Assembly (NCBI RefSeq): GCF_009914755.1
Contig: NC_060936.1
Origin: the human T2T-CHM13v2.0 reference genome, Homo sapiens
Reading direction: 5' to 3' (one strand)
DNA length: 64,000 nucleotides
Part shown: one piece after another, positions 44,108 to 59,033 of the stretch
Position numbering within the stretch: the first letter of the stretch is position 1
How the letters are laid out: each line of letters begins with the position of its first letter
Made by a program: the position numbers and the translations under genes
The notes under the pieces: model-generated
The model's database searches: none
What the model saw: the letters and a program-made list of their open reading frames with translations, nothing else
What the model was told of the DNA's origin: nothing

Positions 44108-45516
44108 TATGGCTGCACTTATGGTTGCAACATAAGCGTGTGGTGTAAAGGCATTTGATTTAAAATTAGGGAGGACATTGTTTAGGAAAGAAGAGAATGG
44201 TCTAGAAAAGGCAATGGAAAGAACAGAAGACAGCTCTCCTTGTCTAAACGTCATATATTTGCAGGAAAGAAAACAACCACAACTTGAGAGAGCTTCAAGA
44301 AAAGCAGTGTCCTCAAGGGAGAACATTTTTTAAGTAATAAAAAAGGGAGGAGAATATCGAGAGCGTGTTGAGAATGTGTGTGATTTTACCAATGTATGGA
44401 CTGAATCCCCAAGGACTCAGTGGAAGAGATTTAAAATTTAGGAACAGTAATGAATATGAGTGATAAAAGCAGATATATAGACATATAGAAAAAGAATCCA
44501 GGGGATAGGAGATCAATAGAAAGTTCTGAGTTTGTTGAAGGCAGGTAGGGATTTTTTCTGTTGGTTACAAGGCAGATGATAGTATTATGTCTTGGAATGA
44601 TAATGAGGGCTAAGGTGAAGGGGAGTACAGATGGGCAGCTGATGACTAAGAACTCCTGGACATGTTACTCCTGCTTATAAAGTTGGAATGAGTCATTCTT
44701 TTCCTCTCAATTTCCAGGTATTACATTGGTTGTGATCTGACATGTATTACCTTTCGAATGGAATTATTTTCCCATTCCCACACAGGATCAATTTCTTAAT
44801 ACTTACAAGTTATCCAGAAAAGCCAGAAATGTCCATCATACCTAACCCTAATTCTTCCAGAAATAGGTAATACAAAATGTTAAGGGAAATATTTTTATTT
44901 TATCACCTAATGGAGTGGCAGATTTTAGTGATTTGCCATGGGAATTTTTTTAAACCTTATGTAAATATCAAACTGGCCCATTGTTTTCTACCAGCCACTA
45001 ACTACAATTGTTTTCCTCATTTCTTTGCATTCCTAAATGCTGTCAGCCACTATTAGGAACTTGTCATGGTGAAATTCAGGACTGGCACTGGATCATGGTC
45101 AATAGTTATTCTCTAAAGTATAATTGACACCTGTGTAAACTTATAATTAGCTTTATACCACACAAGGTGCCATATATTTAGAATTGTTGAAAGATTAGTG
45201 AAGAGTGAGTATTTTAATAACCTTAAACTTGCCAGCTTTTTGTCAGTACCTGGGTTAAATGGGATATCTGCAGATTTGCTACTCAGGTATGATTTTATTT
45301 GATTCATTTAATTCAGTCTGTGATTACTGAATGCATACTGTGTTAGATACTCAAAGTCCAAAAATATAACTAAATATTCTGTTCCTTTTGAGGTGCTTTA
45401 GTTATGGTTTTTAAAGCTTTTAAAATTCTGTACATAGTACTGTATTAGGCCTACAGTTTGAAAATGATCATTCATTAATTTATTCACTAATTATTTCAAG
45501 CATTCTGTGTCCTTAG

Positions 45517-47490
<1,974 letters not shown>

Positions 47491-48225
47491 ATATATATTT
47501 TTCTTTTATGAATTAGCTACATCATTTTATTATATTTGGCTATTTCTCATTATAAGTGCTATATTGTAATTGAAATAAGTCTTTGTCAGTGACAAAATAT
47601 AATACCTCATATGCACACATATATTCTTCAGTTATATGTATAACACTTCATAAGTATTTTTCATTGACAAGACAATGCTGATTTCAACTAAATTTATTTA
47701 CAGTAATTTCTAAGTCAAATTGTTAAGTGACAGATCCCTAAATTATCTAAGCCATCAAAGAAATTTGCACATTTCTCAACAGTTCAGCTATTTTACCTAT
47801 ATAGAAAGGCAAACTTATGGCACATTTTTAAAGAAAAATTTTGAGAATAAATTCACAATGTTTACTTCTTTAGAAAACCTATACTTGACGAACTTTGGTA
47901 AGTAATGCAGGAGGTGGCGTCCTAAGTTTTGGATGTGATTAAAATTTTGGTTAAGCATTTAACTGATACATGTATAAACTTCACTTTTGCAGAAGTAAGA
48001 TTACTGGAATTTATGGTATACACATTTCAACACTCATAGGAGTTGCCAAATTTCTCTACAAAGTGTTTGTTGCCAATTATATTGTTATCAGAAATGCACA
48101 TTTGTCCTTTGTGTATCCATATTAATATTGTTTATGAATACTAGTTTTCAATGACTGTGATATAATATGATATTGTTTGTTTAATGTTAATTGTCTTGAT
48201 TACTAGTGGGATTGAACAACTATTT

Positions 48226-49055
48226 CTTTCTTTTTTTGTTGTTTTTTACTTTTATTTTAGATTCAGCAGTTATGTGTGCAGATTTGTTACCTGGGTATAG
48301 TGTGTGATGCTTAGGTTTGGAATATTAATGATCATATCACCCAGGTACTGAGCATAGTATATGGTAGGTATTCAACCCCTGTTCCCTACCCTCCTTAATC
48401 CCTCTAGTAGTCTCCAGTTTGTATTCTTGCCACCTTTATGTCTATGAGTACCCAGTGTTTAGCTCCCATTTATGAGTGAAACATGTGGTATTTGGTTTTC
48501 TATTTCTGCGTAAATTTGCTTAAGATAAAGGGTCTCCAGCATCATTCATGTTGCTGCAAAGGGCATAGTTTTTTTCTTTTTTATGGCTGCATAGAATTCC
48601 ATGGTGTATATGTGCTACATTTTCTTTATCTAATCAACTATTGATAGGCACCTAGGTTGATTTCATGTCTCTGCTTTTGTGAATAGTGTTTTGCCTCAAT
48701 GAACATGTCAGTACATATATGTTTTTGGTAGAATGATTTATTTTCTTTTGGATAGATACCAAGTAATGGGATTGCTGGACCAAGTGGTAGTTCTGGTTTA
48801 AATTATTTAAGAAATCTCTGAACTGATTTCCACAGTGGCTTAACTAATTTACCTTCCCACCAGCAGTGTATAAGCATTCCTTTCCCTGCAGCCTTGCCAG
48901 CATCTTTTATTTTTATTTTTTAATAATAGCCATTATGACTGGTATGAGATGGTATCTCATTATGGTTTTGATTTGCATTCTCTGATGATTTAGTGATGTT
49001 AAACATTTTTTCATAAATTTATTGGCCACTTGTATCTCTTCTTTTGAGAAGTGTC
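48226..49055 (-). mobile_element. L1PA15/16-like 3' fragment
   Basis: atcacccaggtactgagcatagta 3'UTR type. TSD ttgaacaact(a/t)ttt at 48212-48225 and 49056-49069. Confidence 0.85.
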
Positions 49056-49452
49056 TTGAACAACTTTTGCTTTATCAGTTAAGAATCCTGGTTTCTACCT
49101 CTTTAGTTGTCCTTAAAATTATTTTTGTAAAAAAAAACCTTTTTATTCATTTTCTTATTTTTATTTATCAATGTATAGAATATATATATTCTCTATACTA
49201 ATGCTTTGTTGCAAATATATGGGTTGCAAATATATTTTATTGCATTTATTATGTACTCTTTTATTAGAATTTTTATCAATAAAATTGTAGTTTCAAATGC
49301 TACTATAAGAAATAATAGAGAGAAGACCTGTGTACACTTTATCCAGTTTCTCACAATGGTAAAATTTTGCAAACTATATTATAAAACAACAACTAACATT
49401 GGTGTTTGTACAATTCATGGATCTTACTCAGATTTATCCAGCTTTACTTACA

Positions 49453-49490
<38 letters not shown>

Positions 49491-49745
49491 TATATGTGTG
49501 TTTATGTAGTTCTATATAACTTTACCACGTGTGTAAGTTCATATATACACTACTACACTCAAGATTTACTGAACAGTTCCATTACCAAAAGGATCCCTCC
49601 TGTCACCTTTCTATTACCACGCCCATCTCTTCCTGACAATTCTCTGCCACTGATCACCTCCACTTCAGTCCCTGTCCCTAACCACTAGCATGCACTAACC
49701 TGTTTCCATTTCTAAAATTTTGCCATTTGAAAATGTCTTCCTTTC

Positions 49746-50084
49746 TGGAGCTGGAAACCATCATTCTCAGCAAACTGTCACAAGGGAAAAAAACCAAACA
49801 CCACATGTTCTCACTCATAGGTGGGAATTGAACAACGAGAACACTTGGACACAGGAAGGAGAACATCACACACTGGCGCCTGTTGTGGGGTGGGGGTAGC
49901 GGGGGAGGGATAGCACTAGAGATATACCTAATGTGAATGACGAGTTAATGGGTGCAGCATACCAACATGGCACACGTATACATACGTAACAAACCTGCAC
50001 GTTGTGCACAGGTACCCTAGAACTTAAGGTAAAATAAAAAGTATATATATATATAAATAAAAAATAAATAAATTATCAAAAAAA
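49746..50084 (+). mobile_element. L1PA5-like 3' fragment
   Basis: 3'UTR ending gtaccctagaactt. TSD gaaaa(t/c)gtctt at 49729-49739 and 50085-50095. Confidence 0.88.
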
Positions 50085-50148
50085 GAAAACGTCTTATATA
50101 TGAAACTATATATAAGTTGCTCACCTTTTGAATGTGGATATTATTTAG

Positions 50149-52205
50149 TTTTTATTTTTATTTTAATCCTGGTGTACATGTGCAGGATGTGCAGGTCTGT
50201 TACATAGGTAAACATGTGTCATGGTGGTTTGCTGCACCTATCAAAACATTGCCTAGGTATTAAGCTCAACATGCATTAGCTATTTTTCCTAATGCTCTCT
50301 CTTCCCCCACTCCACCCTCAGACAGGCCCCAGTGTGTGCTGCGCCCCAGTGTGTGTCCATGTGTTCTCATTGTTTAGCTCCCACTTATAAGTGAGAACAT
50401 GCGGTGTTTGGTTTTCTGTTCCTACGTTGGTTTGCTGAGGATAATGGCTCCAGCTCCATCTATGTTCCTGCAAGGACATGATTTTATTCCTTTTTTGTGG
50501 CTGCATAGTATTCCATAGTGTATATGTACCACATTTTTTTTATCCAGTCTATCACTGATGGACATTTGGATGGATTCCATGTATTTGCTATTGTGAATAG
50601 CGCTGCAATGAAAGTAAGTGTGCATGTATCTTTGTAAAAGAATGATTTATATTCCTTTGCATATATAACCACTAATGGGATTGCTGGGTCAAATGGTATT
50701 TCTGGTTCTAGATCTTTGGGGAATTCCCGCACTGTCGTCCATAATGGTTGAACTAATTTACATTCTCACCAACAGTGTTAAACCATTTTCCTATTTCTCT
50801 GCAACCTTCCCAGCATCTGTTGTTTCTTGACTTTTTAATAATTGCCATTCTGACTGGCATGATATGGTATCTCATTGTGATTTTGATTTGCATTTCTCTA
50901 ATGATCAGTGATGTTGAGCTTTTTTTCCATATGTTTGCTGGCCACATGAATGTCTTCTTTTGAGAAATGTCTGTTAATATCTTTGCCCACTTTTTAATGG
51001 GTTTTTTTTCTTATAAATTTGTTTAACTTCCTTGTAGATTCTGGATATTAGACCTTTTCTGATGAACGGATAAATTCCTGGACACATACACCCTCCCAAG
51101 GCTGAACTAAGAATAAGTTAAAGCCCTGAATAGACCAATAACAAGTTTTGAAATTGAGGCAGTAATAGCCTACCAACCAAATAAAAGACCAGAACCAGAT
51201 GGATTTACAGCTGAATTCTACCAGAAATACAAAGAGGAGCAGACATCCGTCCTTCTGAAACTATTCCAAGCAATTGAAAGGAGAGACTCCTCTCTAACTC
51301 ATTCTATGAGGCTGGCATTATCTTGATACCAAAATCTGGCAGAGATATACAACAAAAAAGGAAAACTTCAGGCCAATATCCCTGATGAACATTAGTGTAA
51401 AAATTCTCAATAAAATACTGGAAAACCAAATCTAGCAGCCCATCAAAAAGCTTGTCCACCACAATCCAGTTGGCTTCATCCCCAGGATGCAAGGCTGGTT
51501 CAATATACACAAATCAATAAATGTAATTCATCACATAAACAGAACTAAAGACAAGAAACACATGGTTATTTAATTAGATGCAGAAAAGGACTTCAATAAA
51601 ATTCAACATTCCTTCATGTTAAAAACTCTCAATAAACTAGGTATTTAAGAAACATACCTCAATATAATAGCCATTTATGACAAACCCACAGCCAATATCA
51701 TACTGAATAGGCAAAAACTGGAAGCATTCCTCCTGAAAACTAGCAATAGACAAGGATGCCCTCTCTCACCCCTCCTACGCAACATAGCATTGGAAGTTTT
51801 GTCCAGCACAATCAAGCAATAGAAAGAAATAAAAATTCCTCTTTTCAAATAGGAAGAGAGGAAGTCAAATTGTCTTTGTATACAGATACTGTGATCCTAT
51901 GTCTAGGAAACCTTGTCGTCTCAGCCCAAAAGCTTCTTAAGCTGGTAAGCAACTTCACCAAAGTCTCAGGATACAAAGTCAAAGTGCAAAAGTCACAAGC
52001 ATTCCAATACACCAACAACCAGCAAGCCAAGAACCAAATCATGTATGAACTGCCATTCACAATTGCTACAAAGAGAATAAAATACCTAAGAATACAGCTA
52101 AAATGGGACATGAAGGACCTCTTCAAAGAGAACTACAAACCACTGCTCAAGGAAATCAAAGAGGACACAAAGAAATGGAAATTCATCCCATGTTCATGGA
52201 TAGGA
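50149..52205 (-). mobile_element. L1PA8-11-like element with 5' inversion (minus to ~51064, plus ~51065-52205)
   Basis: Antisense 3'UTR/ORF2 end, then the sense RT region. TSD tgaatgtggat...ttatttag starts at 50129 and at 52206. Confidence 0.9.
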
Positions 52206-53947
52206 TGAATGTGGATTTTTATTTAGCATAATCCTTTCAAGATTCATCTGAGTTATTGAATGTGTATAGAGTTTGTTCTTTTCCATTCAGAGTAGTATTC
52301 CATGCTATGTATATACACAGTTAGTTTAGTTGTTCACCTGTTGGATATCTGAGCTATTTCCAGTTTGAGCTCTAATGATAAAAACTACCATGAATATTTT
52401 TGTTCAAGTTTTTTTGAGAAGATAAGTTTTCAAATGATAGTTTAGTTTGTATAGTAATTATATGTTTACTTTTACAAGAAATTGACAAATTGGTTCCCAG
52501 AGTATATCCACCATTTTACCTTCCCACCAGCAATATATGATTGACCCAGTTTCTTTGCATCTTCCCCTGCATTTGGTATCCTATTTTTTTAAAAAAAATT
52601 TATTTGCCATTCTGCTGTAGTGATATTGTGGTTTTGATTTATATTTTCCTGCTGCATAATAATGTTGAATAGCTTTTCATGTGCTTATTTGCCATTTTTA
52701 TATCCTCTTCATAATTTGGGCCATTTTATAATTAGATTTTTTGGCTTGTTTAGCTGTTGAATTTTGATTTTTCTTTTTGTGTATTCTAGACACAGGACTT
52801 TGCCAGATATGAGTTTGGCAAATATTTTTGCTTTGTCTGGTGTTAATCTTTTTATTTTCTTTATAGATCTTTGGCAGAGCCCATATATTTCTATTTAAAT
52901 TATGGAATAAACTTGTCTATGTCTATGAAAATTCTTTCTAGCACCTTTACTAAAATTGCATTAAACAGCTTTAGATAATTCTGCAGACAAATGGCATCCG
53001 TACTATATTGATTCCAATTCATGAACAAAAGTTGTCTCTTCATTAATTTAAGCCTACTTGATTTTCTTCATCAGCATTTTGTAACTTTCATTGTAAAAAT
53101 CCATACAGAGTCTTTTAAGTGTTTACCTCAGTATTGCAAATTATTTGGAGTAATTGCATGTAGTATTGTGTTTCCATTAAATTTCTGCATTTTCATTTTT
53201 TTATATTGAAATGTGTTTTTTAAAATTGATCCTGAGTCTTAAAACATTTAGGCATTTGGGGAATTTGACTTGTTGTGATTTCTTATGTTATAAGAAATAA
53301 TCATGTAGTCTACAAATGGTGAGTTTTGTCTTTTTTATTTTTCAATCTGTATTTCTCTATCTTGCCTTATTACACTGAATAGAATTTTCAATACTATGTT
53401 GAATAAGAGTAGGGTGAACAGATATACTTTCCTTATTTCCAATCTCATATAGGAGAGCATTCAGTCTTTCACCATAAAGAATTATATCAGCTATAAGCTT
53501 AGGGTGATGTTATTTTTCAAGTTGAGGTAATTCCCTTGTATTTCTAACTTTTTAAGAGCTTCTATCATGAATGGTTATTGGATTTTGTTAAATGCTCTTG
53601 TGTCAATGGATATGATCAACAGATTTTTCTTCATTAGTTAGTGGATATGGTAGATAACATTATTGATTTTTGAGTGTTCAACCAGCCTTGCACCGAGAAA
53701 TAAATCCCACTTGATCATGGCCTATAATTATTTTCATATATATTGTAGTTGATCTTCTAATATTTTGAGATTCCTTATATATCAACTTTTTTGCATGCAA
53801 AATTGTGAGAGATATATGTCTATAGTTTTCTTTGATTTTGTACTATCTTTGTCAATTTTGGTATTACGGTAATACTAGCCTAATGAAATGATTAATGAAT
53901 GAATATTCCCTCTTCTAAAATTGCTAATTAGCAATTGCAATTAGCAA

Positions 53948-54297
53948 TTGCTCTGAATATTTCCTTCCTGCTTTTTGCTCTGAGTTTAATTTGCTCTTCT
54001 ATTTTCTAGTTTCTTGATGTAGAAACTTTGATTTTTGATTTGAGACTAGTCCTTGTCAGCAATGTAAGCACTTCATGCTATACATTTTTCTCTCAGCATT
54101 GCTTTAGCTGCATCTCTTGCATTTTTGTATGCTCCATATGTATTTTCATTCTAGTCTACATTTTTTAAAAGATTTTATATTTGACATAAACTATTTAAGA
54201 GTGTGTGTTTAATTTTCATGTGTTTAGAGATTTTCCTGTGGTCATTCTATTATTGATTTCTGCTTCAATGTCATTGTTGGCAGGGGACACATTCTGT
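53948..54297 (+). repeat. 350-bp direct repeat, ectopic copy (matches 54959-55308)
   Basis: Line-by-line comparison shows no mismatch at a constant offset of 1011 bp. Confidence 0.93.
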
Positions 54298-54478
54298 TGT
54301 GATTCTCTAGTGAAACAATTTTAGATTGGTGATTTCTTTTCTGGGAGCTTTTAAATTAATAATTTCATTTTTAAATGATCGACTATAAGGCATCATGTTT
54401 GAGTTTCAGTGATTTGTGCTTTCTGAAGAACAGTTCCATTTTTTTCTAATTGATGTTCACCAAGGCACTCATAGTATT

Positions 54479-54779
54479 TTTTTTTTTTTTTTTTTCTTGA
54501 GACAGAGTCTCACTCTGTCACCCAGGCTGGAGTGTAGTGGCACGATCTCGGCTCACTTCAATCTCCACCTCCTACGTTAGGTAATTTTCCTGCCTCAGCC
54601 TCCAGAGTAGCTGGGATTACAGGCACCTGACACCACGCCCAGCAAATTTTTGTATTTTTAGTGGAGACTGGGTTTCACCATGTTGGCCAGGCTGGTCTTG
54701 AACTCTCGTCCTAAAGTGATCTGTCTGCCTCAGCCTCCCAAAGTGCTGAGATTACAGGCATGACCCAACGTGCCCAGCC
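54479..54779 (-). mobile_element. AluS (Sx/Sz-like)
   Basis: Poly-T followed by an antisense dimer. Short TSD agtatt at 54473-54478 and 54780-54785. Confidence 0.9.
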
Positions 54780-54958
54780 AGTATTCTATTATTAATGGCT
54801 GTAAAATTTATATTATATCCCCAATTTCATTTCTCATATTGACAATTTGTGTTTTCTTTTATTATTTTTGCTAGTCTTACCAGTTTATTAATTTAATTTG
54901 AAGAACCAGTGTTCATCAATGTTCTCTATCATTTTCCAATTTTCAATTTTATTGATTT

Positions 54959-55308
54959 TTGCTCTGAATATTTCCTTCCTGCTTTTTGCTCTGAGTTTAA
55001 TTTGCTCTTCTATTTTCTAGTTTCTTGATGTAGAAACTTTGATTTTTGATTTGAGACTAGTCCTTGTCAGCAATGTAAGCACTTCATGCTATACATTTTT
55101 CTCTCAGCATTGCTTTAGCTGCATCTCTTGCATTTTTGTATGCTCCATATGTATTTTCATTCTAGTCTACATTTTTTAAAAGATTTTATATTTGACATAA
55201 ACTATTTAAGAGTGTGTGTTTAATTTTCATGTGTTTAGAGATTTTCCTGTGGTCATTCTATTATTGATTTCTGCTTCAATGTCATTGTTGGCAGGGGACA
55301 CATTCTGT
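54959..55308 (+). repeat. 350-bp direct repeat, inferred donor copy
   Basis: Same sequence as 53948-54297, and reads collinearly with flanking L1 sequence on both sides. Confidence 0.9.
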
Positions 55309-57025
55309 CTGATTTCATTTACTTTAAATTTATTGAGATTTATTTTATGAATTAGCATACAGACTATTTCAATTAATGTTCTGTTGATTGTTGAAAAATG
55401 TGTATTCTGATATTGTTTGGTGAGGGGTTCTATAAATGTCAGTTAGATCCTACTGGTTGAGTGTGCTGTTCAGATTTTCTATATCCTTTGTTATTTTCTA
55501 TCTAGTAATTCTCTCAGTTGTTAAGTGGGAGATACAGTTTCCAATTATATTTGTGGATTTGTTTTTTACTTTTTTCAGTTCTAGACATTTTTGCTTCATG
55601 AATTTTGAAGCTTTCTTGTTTACTGAGGACACAATTGGGATTGTTAGGTCATCTTGTTAAATGGATCTTCTGTCATTATTAAACTTCTTTCTGTCTCTAA
55701 TAGTTTTCTTGGATTTTATGTCTACTTTATTAGGCCGTATATATTATATATTAATAAAGTCACACATGCTTTTTTATCTTTAATGTTTTAAATAGCATTT
55801 CCTTTTCCATCCTTTAACTATCAGCCTACCTATGTTGTTGAATGTGAAGTGTATGTCTTCACTTTTCTTAGGGGAAGAGTCTCAGGTCTACTAAGAACGA
55901 CTCTTGAGACTGGGTCTCTTTTGCTGGTTTTGCCAACCTTTACTGGGCTATCCCAGTGGAGTAAGGAAATATCAGGCCTAAATGGGATGGAGAGCACTTC
56001 TTCTGGTCACTAACTGATGCCAGAATTTCTGATCATTCATTTGCCATTGGTATTGCACTCACCTGATATCAGAGGGTATTCATTTCAACATGGTGAAAAA
56101 ATTAGCCTAGATAGGATGCCTACTTTTACTAGGTTTCAGGTCAAGAAATGCCTGCAAGGCTTCTTCTGTTTTGTGGGTATATGCAAGACATATACTGCTG
56201 ATGCCACATTCTCAAATCCAGGGTTCCAAACCAGTTGTCAGCATTGTCTTTTGCTTGCCTCTTGAGTAGTTTATAGAGTTTATAGTTGTGCTTAGCAGGG
56301 AGAAGCAAGAAGAAATAGTTCTATATCATATCCAGACTGAAAAAGATGCTGTTTTTGGACATCTTGAAAATAGTAATTTTAGAGCTATCAATTTTATCAT
56401 TATTTTTCCTTATGATTTATACATTTCAAGTCTTGTTCAAGAATCTTTCCCTACACTGACGTCACATGATATTACATATTTTCTGTCAAAATTCGTGCGT
56501 TTTTACCTTTAGACATTAAGATCTTTAATCTACCTGATTTAATTTACTCTAAAGAAATAATCTAATTTTGAAATTTTCTCATAGTCTAGTGAATTTTCCT
56601 GGTACCATATAACATATGCTTTTCAAACACATTTTTTTCATATAGGTTTCAATGCATATGCAATGTATATGTGTTTCTAGGCTATAATTTTATGGTAATA
56701 TATTTATTTATCACCCTGATAATATGACAATATTTTTTATAACCATAATAATTCATTTTTAATTGACACAGTGAGTCACTACATATTTCTGAAAAATTGC
56801 CTTAGGTTTTAACACTTTACACTTTTATAAAATCACCTTGTTCAGTTTCATCCAAAACTATGTTGTGTATTTGAATGAAATTACATTTACTTTACAGGTT
56901 AATTTGGGCAGATTTTCCAATTTTACAAATCTTCTCTTCCATAAAATGTATTTCTCCATTTATTTAAACATTCTATTCCTATAGAATTTTAAAATTTTCT
57001 CTGTAAATGTTTTGCATAATTTTGA

Positions 57026-57346
<321 letters not shown>

Positions 57347-57374
57347 TAAGCTTTTATTATCTAATTATTTGGCA

Positions 57375-57449
57375 TATACGTGTATATATATACACATATA
57401 TATACATATACGTATATATATACATATATATACATATACATATATATAT
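57375..57449. repeat. (TA)n/(TACA)n microsatellite
   Basis: Directly visible. Confidence 0.9.
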
Positions 57450-57483
57450 GAAAGGCATGTTCTTTCAGCAAATAAAGTTACTG

Positions 57484-57605
57484 AATTCTCATAATTATAT
57501 TAATTCCAATTCTCTTATAATTATATTAATTCCAATGCTCTTATATTAATTCCAATTCTCTTACAATTACATTAATTCCAATTCTCTTATAATTATATTA
57601 ATTCC
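57484..57605. repeat. AT-rich minisatellite, ~26-bp unit aattctcttataattatattaattcc, 5 copies
   Basis: Five adjacent units with small indels and substitutions. Confidence 0.9.
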
Positions 57606-57637
57606 AAAGAAGATTACTTAGATGTTTTCTGAAATCG

Positions 57638-58008
57638 TTTCTATGGTCTGAATGTTTGTATTACCCCGAAATTCATGTGTTGAAATCTAATCACAATGTG
57701 GTGATATTCCAAGGTCGAGCTTTTGGGAAGCGATTAAGTAATGAGGAAGAAGCCCTCTTGAATGGGATGAGTGCCCTTATAAAAGAGGCCCCAGAGAGCC
57801 ACCTTACCTTTTCCACCATTTGAAGAACAGAGAAAATGTGGCCTCTATGAACCAGGAAATAAGCCCTCACTAGACACTGAATCTGCTGCTTATTTTGAAC
57901 TTGATCTTGGACTTTCCAGCTCGCAGAACAGTGAGAAATAAACTTTTATTGTTTATAAAGTATGTAGTCTAAGGTATTTTGTTATAGCATCCTGAGTAAA
58001 TTAAGAAA
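57638..58008 (+). mobile_element. MLT1A0-like solo LTR
   Basis: ctatggtctgaatgtttgt...gaatgggatgagtgcccttataaaagaggccccagagagc...gtattttgttatagca. Confidence 0.85.
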
Positions 58009-58062
58009 TCAATTATAAAATGAAAAAAATGAGACTCTTTAAAATTTTTGTCAGATGTACAT

Positions 58063-59033
58063 TTCTAGGAACTTTCTGGAGGAGACCTTAGGGTTTTCAA
58101 GGTAACGATCATATTGTTAGCAAATAGTTACAGTTTGACTTCCTCAAGAATCTACAACGAACTCAAACAAATCAGTAAGAGAAAAACAATCCCATCAAAA
58201 AGTGTGCTAAAGACATAAATAGACAATTCTCAAAAGAAGATATACAAATTGCCAACAAACATATGAAAAAATGCTCAACATCACTAATGATCAGGGAAAT
58301 GCAAATCAAAACCACAACGCAATACCGCCTTGCTCCTGTAAGAATGACCATAATCAAAAAACAAAAAACAGTAGACAGTGGCATGGATGTGGTAAACAGG
58401 CAACACTTCTACACTGCTGGTGGGAATGTAAACTAATACAGCCACTGTGGAAAACAGTGTGGCGATTCCTTAAAGAACTAAAAGTAGAACTACCATTTGA
58501 TCCAACAATCCCACTACTGGGTATCTACCCAGAAGAAAATAAGTCATTATTCAAAAAAAAAAATACATGTACACACATGCTTATAGTGACACAATTCACA
58601 ATAGCAAAATCGTGGAACCAACTCAATCAACAAGTGGATAAGGAAACTGTGATATTATATAATATTATATAATTTATATTATATGATAGAATACTATGCA
58701 GCCATAAAAAGGAATGAATTAACAGCATTTGCAGTGACCTGGATGGGATTGGAGACTATTACTCTAAGTTAAGTAACTCAAGAATGGAAAACCAAACATC
58801 ATATGTTCTCACTGACATGTGAAAGCTAAGCTATGAGGACACAAAGGCAAGAATGATACAATGGACTTGGGGGGAAGAGTGGTGGGGGGGCAAGGGAAAA
58901 AAGACTACAAATATGGAGCAGTGTATACTCCTTAGGCGATGGGTGCAGCAAAATATCACAAATCACCACTAAAGAACTTACTCTTGTAACCAAATACCAC
59001 CTGTATGCCAATAACTTATTTAAAAAATAATAA
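58063..59033 (+). mobile_element. L1PB1-like 3' fragment with a short 5' inversion (minus ~58063-58145)
   Basis: 3'UTR aaatcaccactaaagaacttactc...aaataccacctgta. The upstream ~83 bp is antisense to the RT FADD region. Confidence 0.85.

Larger units (their letters stand above)
49265..56345 (-). mobile_element. L1MC/MD-type element (3'UTR, ORF2 remnants, 5'-end-like piece) hosting younger inserts
   Basis: taagaaataatagagagaagacc...cagtttctcacaatggtaa 3' end; antisense ORF2 at 52210-55860; tagttgtgcttagcagggag 5'-end-like terminus. Confidence 0.65.

Noticed and set aside
49206-49688. 160-aa ORF
   Set aside because: Antisense L1M 3'UTR with a (TG)n(AG)n tract, a non-ATG start, and no recognisable domain.
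57484-57605. CRISPR-like array
   Set aside because: Units are adjacent with no unique spacers, so it is a minisatellite.
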